Shown one piece after another: positions 40,901 to 54,513 of a stretch of DNA of 64,000 bases (position 1 is its first letter; each line of letters starts with the position of its first letter). The stretch is from Ginglymostoma cirratum. Lineage: Eukaryota. The stretch is from NCBI GenBank assembly GCA_024137785.1, contig JAHRHZ010000084.1:7155573-7219572 (forward strand), given 5' to 3'. Below the pieces are notes generated by a model that did no database searches, was not told where the DNA came from, and saw only the letters and a list, made by a program, of their open reading frames with translations. Made by a program: the position numbers and the translations under genes.

Positions 40901-42219
40901 ATATCTTTTAGACATTGTAATTGTATCCACATCCAACACTTCCCTCATGAAGTTCCCTCCACATTAAACCAACCGTCGCGTAAAAATGAAGTTGTCCCTG
41001 GTGTCTTTTTGTTTTAAATCTCTCTCCTCTCACCTTAAAAATGTCCCACCCAATTTGCAATTCTTCCATCCTAATGAAAAGACTAATACCGTTAATTCTA
41101 TCTCTCCTTTCATTATTTTATACATTTCCTTTGCGTCGCTTCTCAATCAAGAACGTTAGCTGCATTCATGATTGTGAAAAGATTTGACGGCATAAACTAC
41201 CGTAAATATATAGATTGCACAAATTACTGGGATAACCTGCGTCTTTTCAGAAGAGGCAGTTGTTAGGCAGATTGCTTTTAAAACAAACCCAGAGGCATTT
41301 GAATTTCTCAGTGGCAACGAGTTTTGGCCTAGCCATTCCTGCTGAGGAACTACTTCTCTGATGATAGTTGCCAGCAGGATTCCTGAATGCGTTTTGTCTA
41401 CTCATTCAGGTCAAATAATTCATTCAGAAAACTGCCACATGCAATAAGCTGAACGTTAACAAAATCTAGCCTTGCTCTCACAAAAAATCCCTTTCTCCTT
41501 CCAATTGGTTAAATGCGCCTTGTCTAAGCTTATTTCTCCTCGCAGTTCTATCTCCAGTTATCACCAAACACAGTGTGGGTATTATATCTTGTGTATCGTG
41601 TGGATTAATAGCTCAAACAGAAATCGAACTGGAAATGTCTTTTCTTTCCCTATTTCCAGACAAACTAAAGCCCAAGCTGTCCTCATTAGCAGAAGATGAA
41701 TATAATTATCAATCTAATGGTTCTTGCTGGAAACTTTTGTGTTCGGCGCTTGTTAATGATGACGGTGGCATGAAACTCGAAGCTCTCAGAATAAACAGTT
41801 GCTTATGTGAAGAGGAATCGCTTGGGTAATGCAACTGGAGTACTGTAGCCTGAAGCAATATTTTCAGCAGTAAGCCAAATAAAAGGAAGGTGTTGACAGA
41901 AGAGGTTTTTGGATTACAATGACCGTGTGGTGACTGAGCACAAAAGAAAAACTGCTGATCTTCATTTGGAAATATTTCAGCAGGGAGTTTGGTTGGGATC
42001 TGCGAATAACGAACTCCCAAAGAGTAGTACAAGCCATCCAATACGCCACATTTGTCATGTAATATTACATATTACAGTCTCATGTTTAATATTTCTACCT
42101 ATGAAACTTATTTGTTCCTCTTCCCAACCGCTCCCACACCCCACCCCTAACCACCACACAGCCACTGAGAATACTGCCTTCGTTTACATCAAGCAGACTT
42201 CTTTTATCTCATTTGCAAT

Positions 42220-42274
42220 ATGTTGCTGAGGGCAGCAGTTCTGTTCATGGCTTTCCTGAGTTTGGCTTGGCCAG
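42220..42274 (+). CDS. Copy B exon 1: signal peptide MLLRAAVLFMAFLSLAWP
   Basis: ATG at 42220, hydrophobic leader, phase-1 donor CCAG|GTACTC. Confidence 0.88.
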
Positions 42275-42486
42275 GTACTCTTAAACGTTACAAACTGCCC
42301 TTTTACAATAACTAAGAATGTATTTCAAACTTATAGCTTCTACGTATTGCAAAATTAGATGCCTTGATTCTGCAACTCGATGCACGTCACTGTTCTCAAT
42401 TGTTCTTGTATTTTATTTCTCCGGTGTTTTTTCCATGTCTGCTATCTACAACTAGTATCATGTTCTTTACTTGTTTTTTTTTTCAG

Positions 42487-42795
42487 TTGTCACTAAAGTA
42501 ACATCGAACAAAGTAGCTCAGTTTCCCAAACTCTTGAAGGCGGCCAGAGGTGACAATGTTTCCATGTTCTGTACTTTTCCCATATTTGAAGATGTCCCTG
42601 AAGTATTTTGGTGGAGACACAACGAGGAATCGTTCCTGGAACCAGACAACAGAAAACGTTTTCGTGTCCAGAAAGGAAGGAGCTCACTTCATGTTCTCAA
42701 TGTCACTCTTCCAGACTCTGGAATGTATCATTGTAAAATAAAGCATCAGCAAACCATCCTTAGTTCTGAAAGTGGATCATTGCTGACAGTGTGCG
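42487..42795 (+). CDS. Copy B exon 2: V-set Ig domain with J-like G strand
   Basis: Polypyrimidine-CAG acceptor, G|GTAAGT donor, open frame; VAQFP, VSMFC, FWWR, LHVLNVTLPDSGMYHC, SGSLLTV. Confidence 0.95.
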
Positions 42796-43333
42796 GTAAG
42801 TGACACTGCACTGCACCAGATGCAGGCAACTTATGTAATCTGATCTTTTATAATTAGAAGAAAATCCAATGATAGTGTATTCACTTCACACTGTCGGGTA
42901 GATCTCGTCCCTGTTGACCTCGCAGTACAACAGCCATTGATTCCCTTTCGCTCGTTTGCGTCATTTCTTCAGGAAAAAAAATACACTGCTCATTGTGATC
43001 ATGATGTGGAGGTGCCGGTGTCGGACTAGGGTGGGAAAGGTCAGAAATCACACGACACCAGGTGATAATCTAAGACGTTTATTTGAAAACACGGCTTTTG
43101 GAGCCTCGGTCTGAAGGACTGGGTCTCCGAAAGCTTACGTCTTCAACTGAACCTGTTGGACTATAACCTGGTCTCGTGTGATTTCTGACATTGTCACGAT
43201 GACATAGTACTGCGCTGTTAATGTAACGAGTGCCTTTTTGGCGCCGGAACACCAATATCATTTTGGTGATATTGCACCAAAACAGTGAAAAAGGATAACT
43301 GTTGAAATCTTGGGATGAAGTTAATTCGTGGAA

Positions 43334-44893
43334 TCATTTTTACATGGTTATATAGAGTACCAAAGCAGAACCTACAATATGTAATAACAAGGTGTAGAGC
43401 TGGATGAACACAGCAGGCCAAGCAGCATTAGAGGATCAGGAAAGCTGACGTTTCGGGTCTAGACCCTTCTTCAAAAATCATTTCTCCGGCATCTGCAGTT
43501 CCTACTATCTCACCTAAAATATGCATTCGTTTTAAATTAAGGTGAATGATAATATACCACAGCCATCAATATTCAATAAACACAAGATATCTTTTCCACC
43601 TCCAAATTGCCGATCAAAACATTCTGTAACAAATCCTTTAAACTTTTAGATGGATATCAAGGAAAAGTAACACTGAGGAACAAGTTAAAATAAAGAACTG
43701 CAAATGCTGGAATTCTGAAACAAAGATGGAAATTGCTAGATAAACTCAGGGTGTCTAGCAGTATCTGTGCGAGCTGATGTTTAAAGTCCAGCGAAGTCAC
43801 TGGACTGGAAACGTTAACTCATTTTTCCCTGCACAGATAGCCTCAAAGTGAGAGGAAGCAGATTTAGGACTGAGTTGATGAAGAACCTCTTCACGCAAAG
43901 GATTGTGAATCTGTGGAATTCCCTGCCCAGTGAAGCAGTGGAGGCAACCAACCGCGATGGATGTTTTACAGCAAAGATGGGTAGATTTTTGATCAGTAAA
44001 GAAATTCAGGGTTATGACGAGCGGTTTGTTAAGTGGAGCTGAGTCCACTAAAGGATGAGCCATGATCTTATTGATTGCCAGAGCAGGCTCGGCGGATCAG
44101 ATGGCCGACTGTTGCAATTATTTCTTATCTTGGAATGCTGCCAGATCTACCCAGTTTCTCCCGCAATTTCTGTCTTTGTGTCGTGGGGTAAATGTTCGAT
44201 TACCTCTCACCAAAATAACGGTGCTAAAATGTGACAATAGATACGATGTTAATACAAATGCAACTTACTGAGGATATTTTGTAATTTAGAATGCTAACAG
44301 AAACTAATTGAAATGTGTCTGAGCATCGACGGAAGTAATACGCGCATAACAATTGGAAACAAGAGTGGCCATTCGTCCCGCCAGTTTACTCAGCTCCTCA
44401 GTAAAATTATGGTTGATCTGATTCTGGTCTCAACTGCACTTTCCTGTCCACCTTGATATCCTTGGACTTCCTCGTTAATCAAAAACGCAATTGACGTTTC
44501 AGGTCATAATCTTTCGTCAGAACATTTTTAATACCTCCTACATCAATTCATTTTTACATGGCTAAATAGAGAACGAAAGCAGAACCTGCAATATGTAATA
44601 ACAAGGTGTAGAGCTGGATGAACACAGCAGGCCATCAGCATTAGAGGAACAGGAAAGTTGACGTTTCAGGTCTGGACGCTTCTTCAAAAATCATTTCTCC
44701 GGCATTTGCAGTTCCTGCTATTTCACTTAAAATATGCATTCGTTTTAAATTAAGGTGAATGATAATATACCACGGCCATCAATATTCAATAAACACAAGA
44801 TGTCTTTTCCTCCAAATTGCCGATCAAAACATTCCGTATCAAATCCTTCAAACTTTGAGATGGATATCAAGGAAAATTAACACTGAGGATCAA
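43334..44893 (+). repeat. Local direct duplication of about 350 bp (43334-43683 and 44548-44893)
   Basis: Both copies run CATTTTTACATGG...CACTGAGGA and contain the same short PLE-type insert. Confidence 0.85.
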
Positions 44894-45921
44894 TGGAATA
44901 GAATAAAACCGGACAAACGGATTTGAGGTACAGTAAGTGAATGCCTGACTAACTTGAAGGATAGTATTTGCTTAGTGTTTTGGCTACGTATTTTCCCAAT
45001 TCTAACATGCTTGAAACGTCAATTGTTTCTTAAACAAACGAATCACAATCGCCAATGAGATGGCAAGTGTTGATGTTGCTCTCAGGTTTGGATTCCATCC
45101 CAAATCTTAAAACTTGCAGGGCTCCAACAATACCCGTAGGCTCTGTTTGACGCCATGCAGTTCGGCAACTGGATCGTCTCAGATGTAGGCAAAGCAGGCA
45201 AAGTGAATTAAGGATAGTGCCAAACATATCTAAAAACCTTTGTGTTCCTGCGTTTGTAATTTATTATCTCGATGCAATGGTACCTACAACAGAAGGCCAA
45301 GATGATATTTCTTTTCTTTCTCTCCACGAGTATTCCGTGATATCTGAAGCAGATCCATGGGGAACATAAAACGTTTCTCAGCGTTTGCTGGCAATAACAG
45401 TTAGCACACATTTGGAAGTGAATCAAATATCTAATTTTATCATTCCCTCGCATTAAAAATCCAGGAGCCATAAACGTGCAGAGACGTTAAGGCTATTGAT
45501 TGTAATAAACATGAGAACAATGCAAACCCACTAGTATTACCCCAGGTAAGCACTGGCTGCAGATTAAGAGGGCACGAGTTCACTTTAGTAACTGGTGAAT
45601 ATAATTCTACCTATGAATCTAATTTCTACAAGTAAGCTTCAGAGGTAGAATGGTAATACAGAGTACGTAATACCTGCACTTTATTACAGATTTTCTTCCC
45701 AGGTTCCTTCTTGTTGTGCATCATTTGCAAAATATCGCAACATTTTGCCATGCATTTCTTTTAAAATAAACGCAAAGACAACGTTTAAAATACGATAACA
45801 ATGAAAACTGTTGTCACTTTAGAAATGGAACAGCATCGATGCAGAAGGGCGCAGATTAGAAAGGGTGAAAGAAGAAAATGTAACTTAAACTTCTTAAAAA
45901 ATGTTTTACTTTCTGTTATAG

Positions 45922-46218
45922 TTCCTCCGACCCTCCTGAAAATCATTCCCGTAGAAGAGGTTTCAGGGAATTACTTGAAATTCAAGTGTAAAACGACTGC
46001 CTTTTATCCAGAGGATTTAGGAATCTCTTGGTTAAGAGATGGTGTCAAAATTCAGGCCAGAATAGAAACTGTGAAAAACAAGACCGTGGATGGTATTTAT
46101 GAAGTTACCAGTTCTTTGGAAGATGCACAGCCTTTGTGGAATGGCGTAGTATATACTTGCCTGGTATCTCATTCCTGTCTTAAGGTGCCCACAAGCGTCA
46201 GCTACACCTTCAATCGAG
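45922..46218 (+). CDS. Copy B exon 3: C1-set Ig domain
   Basis: Acceptor TTTCTGTTATAG, donor GAG|GTAAGA, 297 nt, phase 1-1; C1 hallmarks CKTTAFYPEDLGISW, DGIYEVTSSL, YTCLVSH. Confidence 0.95.
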
Positions 46219-49200
46219 GTAAGATTGAAAATTTTCCGAAGAGAGTTGGGAGGTGTAGTGGGAATAAGATCTTAATTGAGAATTTCAAGTCGTTGGGGAG
46301 CTGTTCTAACTCAAATATAACATGTGAATGCGACCGGTGTTCGTTCACAAAGCCACAGGGATGGAAACATTGTGAAATATTCTAAGTTGACTTGCAGGTG
46401 CAGGTTGGCGAATAGCTCCCTGCCATTACGGAAATGGAATGTTCACGTGACAAACTTCTAAGAAATTGAAAAATCGACTTTTTTTTGCTTAAATTAAGCG
46501 AATATGCCAATAAAATGGATTCTTTCCATGCAAGTAACTTCTACGAGCTCTACATGTGCATTGTTTATGCTGCCCAGTAGATCTCCACCAACAATGTCTG
46601 TACCCTACACTTGGAAAATTCTGTCCTCTCCACCTCCCACTGTGTATTTCCTTCTTTAAGACTCTTCTTGAACCTTATTTGTCTCTGTCCTAAAATCACG
46701 AAATCTCTGGATGATAATACTCTGTGAAGTGCCTGAGAATTATTTTAACCCGGTTAAAGGTGCAATATAATTGCAAGTTATTCTTGTTATACACACCAAA
46801 ATTTGCAGCAGATGCCGCTTGGGAAGGCCTGAGAAAGGTGTCATAACGTATACAAAGCCTTACAGGTCTTGGTCGGGCAAATGAGGGAAGGATGTTTCCG
46901 GCAGTGAAAGGTCTAGAACCAGAGAACACAGTTTCAGAATAATGGGCAGTTCGTTTTGGACTGGATGAACAAGAAGTTCTTCAACCACAGGGTGGTGAAA
47001 CGTTGGAATTCTCCACCCCAAAATGCTGAGAAAACTCAGTCACTCTGAGTATGGAATACTGTGATTGACAAAGTCCCAGAGGTTATGTAAATAGTGCAGA
47101 AAATCGCGCCAATGCAGATCAGCAATAATCTAGTTGATTGGCGAAGCATGGTCGAGGGCTCCAATGTCCCTACTCTAACTGATTATGTTGCTTTTCAACC
47201 CACGGTTAGGAAGCGACATCTGCGCCAGATCTTGTAACTGTTGTACATCAGTCTGGTTTAAGACAGTGAAGGAATGGGTGCTCATTCCTTTAATGTAGCA
47301 AACAACCCTCGGAAGCTGAGAAGAGTTTGCCGTGCCTTTAAATCATGAAATGCCATCTCTCCATAAAATGCATTGCAGGTACTCAGTTGATGTCCGCTGA
47401 TGCACATTAAGGCACGTGTACGGCTGTTCCCCACGAAACTGAAATGGGTAGAAATTGAAACGGTCTAACTTAGCTAACAGACGGGTTATCCTGGGCGACA
47501 CCTTTGCAAATTATCATCTTGTGCATGAAGCTCTGCGCATGTGACTCGCTGTGTTCCACACTTATAGATGTATATCAATCGTAGCAACATGTGCATAATA
47601 TGCATCTAAATACCAGGCTTCCAGGAAAGTTCCGTAAATGAACAGTAGGCTGGATTCAACTCCTATTCTCTGCCAGAGATATGTCATGACATCTGGAAGC
47701 AGGTTGATTAGAAAATAACGAAGGGAGAATTGATGAGTAAGCCGTCGAAGAGAAGTCTCTCCACTTGTCTGCTGGGATGGTTGTGAGGTTAGAGTGGGTT
47801 TTTATTCAATGTTTTATTCAATGTTACAGCGTTCCTTTACGGTTTGCAGCAGAACGTCGGCTGGAAATATGTCTTGAAGGCACTTCGTTGGGACTGGACC
47901 ACATGTACTCCGAACTCATAAAAAGAGTGCTACCGCTGAACCAATGCTGACATATATGCGTTGTTGTCATTATTTAAATCTATGTTACATGAAGTTTGAG
48001 TCTAAAACTTTCCAAGACAGCCAGCATTCTTATGTGAAACATTAACACTAAAGACTGCAGTTATGGTGCCACTCTTTCACTCCCCGTTCTGAGTAGCATC
48101 GATCAAGAGTCAGAATTCATGCTGCAACGTCCCTGGCAATGGAAGCGTGTTTTGGCAATGTAACATGTGTAACCGTTTCCAATAACTTCAGGATCAGATG
48201 TTAAAATTTCGCTTAAGAGAGTAAATATATATTGTAACGCAATTTTACTTCTATTGTAATTACAACCACTAGTTGAGGGACAATGCTAAAATATTGCTGC
48301 TCCTCACTAGTGTAGCGCACTGGAAACCAATTATTCTCACAGTCCTCACAAAAGAAAAAAAAGTTTTATAAAAGGACTCAAAACCTTCTTCATTCAACTG
48401 CCGTTTTGAGGTGGGCTGATAGAAAGCTCTGGTTGGGTTTCTGTGCTGAAAAAAGATTATTTATTATGAAGTGTTTCAAGCTACAGGCAGACAATTGTGA
48501 ACTGTTCACATATGACTACTAGTTAAAACCGTAACCCTCTTTTAAAATTGCTCTGACACACCATTCAGAGAACCACTAGAAAGTACGCGTAGACAGGTCG
48601 ATGGAAAGACTGGTAAAACAGTTCATTGGCTCCTGTCCACCTGGTTGCTGAAATGATCATTTTGGCTTATCGGGGTTTGGTGATCTGCCATGTTCTTTCC
48701 TCAAGTACTTTCAGATTTTTTTTTCACAAGGCACACGCCGACTGATAATTCATAAAGTCTCTGACTGATTGGATTGTCACGAGAGCTTGCAACAACTAAT
48801 AAGGGAAAGCACGTGGCTTTATTCAGTTTTCAACTGTTTTTCTAAGGGCGAATGTAAGGGCAGCTCCTTCAAATCGGAGGTCCAATGGTTTCTCATCAAA
48901 CGTTCACTCCCATAAGCTGTTTGGCCACTTGGGAGACTATCCAATAGGCAGACGATATTGTCATCGACAAATGCTCACCATTCCAGACCCTCTTCAGCAA
49001 CTTGCTATCAGTCGACTGCCATTTATACTCTCGTTGTCTGCAGCTGAACTTCCTCACTGCAGACATCATGACACCCAAAGATATGCACTAATGCTTGACG
49101 TGAGGGAAGCAGTCAGTTTTAGCACTGCGTCCCAATGATTCAGCAATCAAGGATTAGCAGCAGCAAACTAAACTGGCTTTTCTTTTTGTTTCATTTAATA

Positions 49201-49289
49201 CTTGCTGCGTGGTATACAAAGTCACAAGATTACAAAATTACGTCAAACGTCACTTGATAGTTTTCATATTAATTGTGATATTGTTAAAA

Positions 49290-49625
49290 AATAGGCGATA
49301 GCCTAGTGCTCTTGTCACTGGATTTTTAATCCAGAGAACCAGATAATGTTCTGGGGACCCGTGTGCAATTTGAATTCAATGAAAAAAAACGTCTGTAATA
49401 AAGAATCTAATGATGATCATGAATGTATTGCCCTGTTGGAAAAACCCGTCTTGTTCATTAATGTCCATTAGGCGTGGAAACCACCATCTTTACCTGGTCC
49501 GGCTTACATGTGACCCCAGGCCCACAGCAATATGGTGGACACTGAACTGCCCTCTGGGCAATTGGGGATGGTCGATTAATACTGCCTAGCCAGTGATGCC
49601 CTCATCCCGTCCATGAATTTTTTTT
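49290..49625 (+). mobile_element. tRNA-derived SINE (resembles SacSINE1/DeuSINE type)
   Basis: Head ...GTCACTGGA...AATCCAGAG and tail GATGCCCTCATCCC...ATGAAT. Family name is from recall. Confidence 0.5.
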
Positions 49626-52374
49626 TTAATGGTATTTGCTCGTGCTCACTCGAAATTGTTGGCATCATAGAAAAGCCACAGAAGTAGCTTTTGGTTAAAC
49701 GTTGAAACAATTAATTCTTTTTATCTTTGCCAGTATGTTCCTTGAATTATGAATTAAGTAGTTTATCTCACTAAAAATCCAAAATTTCAAGTGCATTATA
49801 TTGAGCTTGGTTACATACAGAAACTCAGCTACACAATTTGGGAACAGAGTAGCATGATCCAGCCAGAGCTCCTCTGCTCCACTCGGTATTTTTCTTCTTT
49901 TTCCTTATATTTCTCCTCCTCTTAATCTCTTTTCTCAACCTCGCACTCCCAGCCCAGCTTCCAAAGTGAGGTTGGTGGTCAGCAGAGATGATAACCGCCA
50001 GAGCAAGAATGCCAGCGACCAGTGATCAGAGTGGGGACACAGGCCAAAGTAGGGACACGGGTGTCCCGTGACTGGAGTGTGAACACCAGCAGCTAGAGAG
50101 GCAATGCTGTCGAGCAGCAGACAATGTGGACACACTGTCATCTAGTGACACGAGTGGGAACGCCAGCAAGCACTGGCGTGAATCAAGGAAGCCAGTAATC
50201 TGTTGTCAGAGTAGATGGTACACACTACTGCCATGTGAATGTGTGGTGGAGGTGATGAAAATTTGAGAAGGTGAATTGGTTTAAAATCATGTGGGCTTCT
50301 TTTCCTCAGGTGACATCCAGCTTCTTGATTGTTGTTAAAAATATATTAATTTAAGGAAGTGGTGAATATCCCATCAAATTCCACAAATCTGCTTTGCTGG
50401 TAATGGATAGATTTTCAGGAATTAAGAGGATGTAGAATTCCTGGACTCTGCCTTAGTCAAGTATATGTCTGGTCCAATTCAGCTTCTGGCCAGTGGGCGT
50501 TATGGGTGATAGTTAGATTCTCTCTTGTTGGAAATGTTCATTGCCTGGTATTGATGAGGTGTGAATGTTACTTGTCACTTTTCAGATCAATATGGGATTG
50601 TGGTTTGGTTTTACTGCACTTAATCAAGAACTATTTCATTTTCTGAGGAGCTGCAAATAGTATTCCAGATTGTATGATCATCCGTGAACATGCACACTGT
50701 TGACTTTGTGCTGGTGTTAAGTTCAGGAAGAAGCAGGCAAGATAGATGGGACTGATACATGGTAACATCCAGTACTGTAATAATTGACATGCAAATAAAA
50801 AAACACAAATCTCCCAATCTGCTCGATATAACTCCCACCAGTGGTAAGTTCTAACAACGTCCATCACCACCAGCCCTCCACCTCCACATCCCACCATATT
50901 CCCATTGACTGCAGTTTCTTCAGGGCTCCCTAACAACACAGTCGGTCAAATCCTTAGTCCTAATGGCAGACGCATTCACATCACATCTGGAGATCAACTC
51001 TTCACTGGATGCTTGAACCTATAACACGATTCAGCCAGAAGGTCCTTCAGTCACTTCGTCAAAATCGTTGAATTCCCCCCTTAACACTATTGTGGGACAA
51101 CCTATATCACTGCATATGGACTGCAATGGTTCAACAAGACAGCTTTCCATCACATTTCTAAAGGAATCTAGTGATGGACAATAAACACTGGTCCGTTAAG
51201 GATGCCCATGTCCCACAGGTGAACACAATAAGACCTAGTGGAACTCAAATCAAGCCGCAGTGAGCTAGTTATTGTTGTGCAAGTTTTGGCTGATGGAGCT
51301 GTCCCTGACAATTTCCATCTGCTTGCAGAAACCAAACAATAGGGTATTGGGACCTTAATTGCCCATGTTTCCTTTGAGTGTTTTTTTGTGGCTAAGGCAT
51401 ACATAGATCACTTTTCATTGTTGTTGGACGCCAGTATTCTAACTTAAAAGAAAAGGCTTGTCTAGGTTGCCTGCATGGTTCAGGGAGACAAGTCTGCAGT
51501 GTTACTGCACAGATATCATCAGGACAAAACCCTTTTCATTAGCAATCACAGTGCACACATGAAACAACTGATATACTCACAGTCTGTTGATATGAAGCGC
51601 CCTCCCTGCTCCGGGAATGGATATCATGGGCTCCTTATGAGTTTTGAAGAAAAAATCTTTGTGTGAATAACAAATTCGTATATAATGGAGAAGGCTAGCA
51701 AATGATTGGGATTCATTGAGGAGATATAATTGAGGTGGACAATCTTGATTACCGAACTTCTGCCACGAAGTAGCTCCTTCAGATCATGTTGCACCCAAGT
51801 GGAATAGCATCTAATTTATTACACTATCACATATTTCACAAGAAGAGTGAACTTGTATGCACGGTTGTCACAAATTCACAGTTGGGAGCATGTTTTCACA
51901 CTATAAAATCCAGTATTGTGCTGCTAACTAATTCACATGTCATGTCTTCAGCATTTATAGTTCCTAAAATGACGCAATAATCACTCACTTCTTGGGGGCA
52001 GAACTGTGAAGTGGAGCTGAAAGTATTACTCACATTTTACTGGGTTGTAGGGAGTGTAGGCTGGAGAGCATGGTGGTCTGTTGATGTAGTTCAGGAGACA
52101 TTTTTGCAGCCAGAACACAGGTGGTCGGCAAAGCAACCAGTCGGCCTATGTTTTGTCTACCGAGTATAGAGGGGACAATATTATGAACAATGAATACAGT
52201 TGGGCACCGGGGAATCCTTGGTTGAGAAAAAGTTGGACATTTCTGACACCCCACCCCCACAACACCCCACCTACAGAAGGTGATATAATCAGAACAGAGG
52301 TGATATAGGTGGAAAAAGTGGGAGAATAGAATCGAGTTTCCTGCAGGAATTGTGGTGTGATGATTTATAGACCA

Positions 52375-54513
52375 AGTAGGGATGGCAGTGGAACAACAAT
52401 GGCAGGTATTTCTGGATATAATGCAGAAGGTGCAGTAATCAGTTCACGCCAAAGAGGCAGAAAGATACTAAGGGGAGGCAGGGGCGGCCGTGGCTAACGA
52501 GGGAATTTAAGCATTGTATAAAGATAAAGGGGAAGTATAACATAGCAAAGATGAGCGGGAAGCCGGAGGTCTGGGAAACTTTTGAAGAGCAACAGAAGAT
52601 AACTAAAAAGGCAATATGCAAAGAAAAAATGAGGTACCAAGGCAAACTAGCCAAAAATATAAAGGAGGATAGTAAAATCTTTTTTAGGTATGTGAAAAGA
52701 AATAAAATGGTTAAGACTAAAATTAGGCCCTTGAAGACAGAAATGGGTGAATTTATTATGGGGAACAAGGAAATGGCTGAAGAGTTGAATAGGTACTTTG
52801 GATCTGTCTTCACTAAGGAAGACACAAACAATCTCCCAGATGTAATAGTGGCTGAAGGACCTAGGGTAATGGATGAACTGAAGGGAATTTATATTAGGCA
52901 GGAAATGGTGTTGAACAGACTGTTAGGTCTGAAGGCTGATAAGTCCCCAGGACCTGATGGTCTGCATCCCAGGGTACTTAAGGAGGTGACTCTAGAAATC
53001 GTGGACGCATTGGTAATTATTTTCCAATGTTCTATAGATTCAGCATCAGTTCCTGCGGATTGGAGGGTGGCTAATGTTGTCCCACTTTTCAAGAAAGTAG
53101 GGAGAGAGAAAACAAGGAACTATAGACTGGTTAGCCTGACGTCAGTGGTGGGAAAGATGCTGGAGTCAATTATAAAAGAAGAAATTTCCACTCATTTGGA
53201 TAGCAGTAGTAGGATAGGTCAGAGTCAGCATGGATTTACAAAGGGGAAATCGTGCTTGACTAATCTTCTGGAATTTTTTGAGGATGTAACTATGAAGATG
53301 GACAAGGGAGAGCCAGTGGATGTAGTGTACCTGGACTTTCAGAAAGCCTTTGATAAAGTCCCACATAGGAGATTAGTGAGCGAAATTAGGGCACATGGTA
53401 TTGGGGGCAAAATACTGACTTGGATTGAAAATTGGCTGGCTGACAGGAAGCAAAGAGTTGTGATAAATGGGTCCCTTTCGGAATGGCAGGCGGTGACCAG
53501 TGGGGTACCGCAAGGATCGGTGCTGGGACCGCAGCTGTTTACAATATACATTAATGATATAGATGAAGGCATTAAAAGTAATATTGCCAAATTTGCTGAT
53601 GACACAAATCTGGGTGGCAGTGTAATATGTGAGGAGGATGTTATGAGAATACAGGGTGACTTGGACAGGCTAGGTGAGTGGGCAGATGCATGGCAGATGC
53701 AGTTTAACGTGGACAAATGTGAGGTTATCCACTTTGGTGGCAAGAACAGGAAGGGAGATGACTACCTAAATGGATTCAAGTTAGGTAAAGGGGAAGTACA
53801 ACAAGATCTAGGTGTTCTTGTACATCAGTCTATGAAAGCAAGCATGCGGGCACAGCAGGCAGTGAAGAAAGCTAATGGCATGCTGGCCTTCATAACAAGA
53901 GGAATTGAGAATAGGAGCAAAGAAGTCCTTCCGCATCTGTACAGGGCCCTGGTGAGACCGCACCTGGAGTATTGTGTGCAGTTTTGGTCTCCAAATTTGA
54001 GGAAGGACATTCTTGCTATTGAGGGAGTGCAGCGTAGGTTCACGAGGTTAATTCCCGGAATGGTGGGACTATCATATGTTGAAAGATTGGAGCGACTGGG
54101 CTTGTATACACTTGAGTTTAGAAGTATGAGAAGGGATCTGATTGAGACATATAAGATTATTAAGGGATTGGACACTGTGGAGGCAGGGAGCATGTTTCCG
54201 CTGATGGTTGAGTCCAGAACCGGAGGACACAGTTTAAAAGTAAGGGGTAGGCCATTTAGAACAGAGTTGAGGAAAAACTTCTTCACCCAGAGAGTGGTGG
54301 AGAGATGGAATGCTCTGCCCAAGAAGGCAGTGGAGGACAAGTCTCTGGATACTTTCAAGAAAGAGATGGATAGAGCTCTTATAGATAATGGAATCAAGGG
54401 TTATGGGGATAAGGCAGAAACAGGATACTGATTGTGGATGATCAGCCATGATCATAATGAATGGTGGTGCTGGCTCGAAGGGCCGAATGGCCTACTCCTG
54501 CACCTATTGTCTA
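52375..54513 (+). mobile_element. Young 5'-truncated CR1 LINE with an uninterrupted 626-aa RT ORF (52551-54431)
   Basis: KSPGPDG, SQHGF, LDFQKAFDKVPH, VPQGSVLGP, KFADD; no endonuclease domain; 3'UTR ends CCTATTGTCTA. Confidence 0.95.

Noticed and set aside
42780-42830. Rearranging Ig/TCR V segment with RSS
   Set aside because: The exon includes its own G strand and ends in a splice donor; no CACAGTG-spacer-ACAAAAACC is present here or in copy A.
45801-46385. 194-aa single-exon ORF
   Set aside because: Only 45922-46218 is C1 domain bounded by splice sites; the flanks are intron read-through.
52551-54431. Host gene or domesticated reverse transcriptase
   Set aside because: Ordinary 5'-truncated CR1 ORF2 with its 3'UTR and a near-identical sibling nearby; the open frame is explained by youth.
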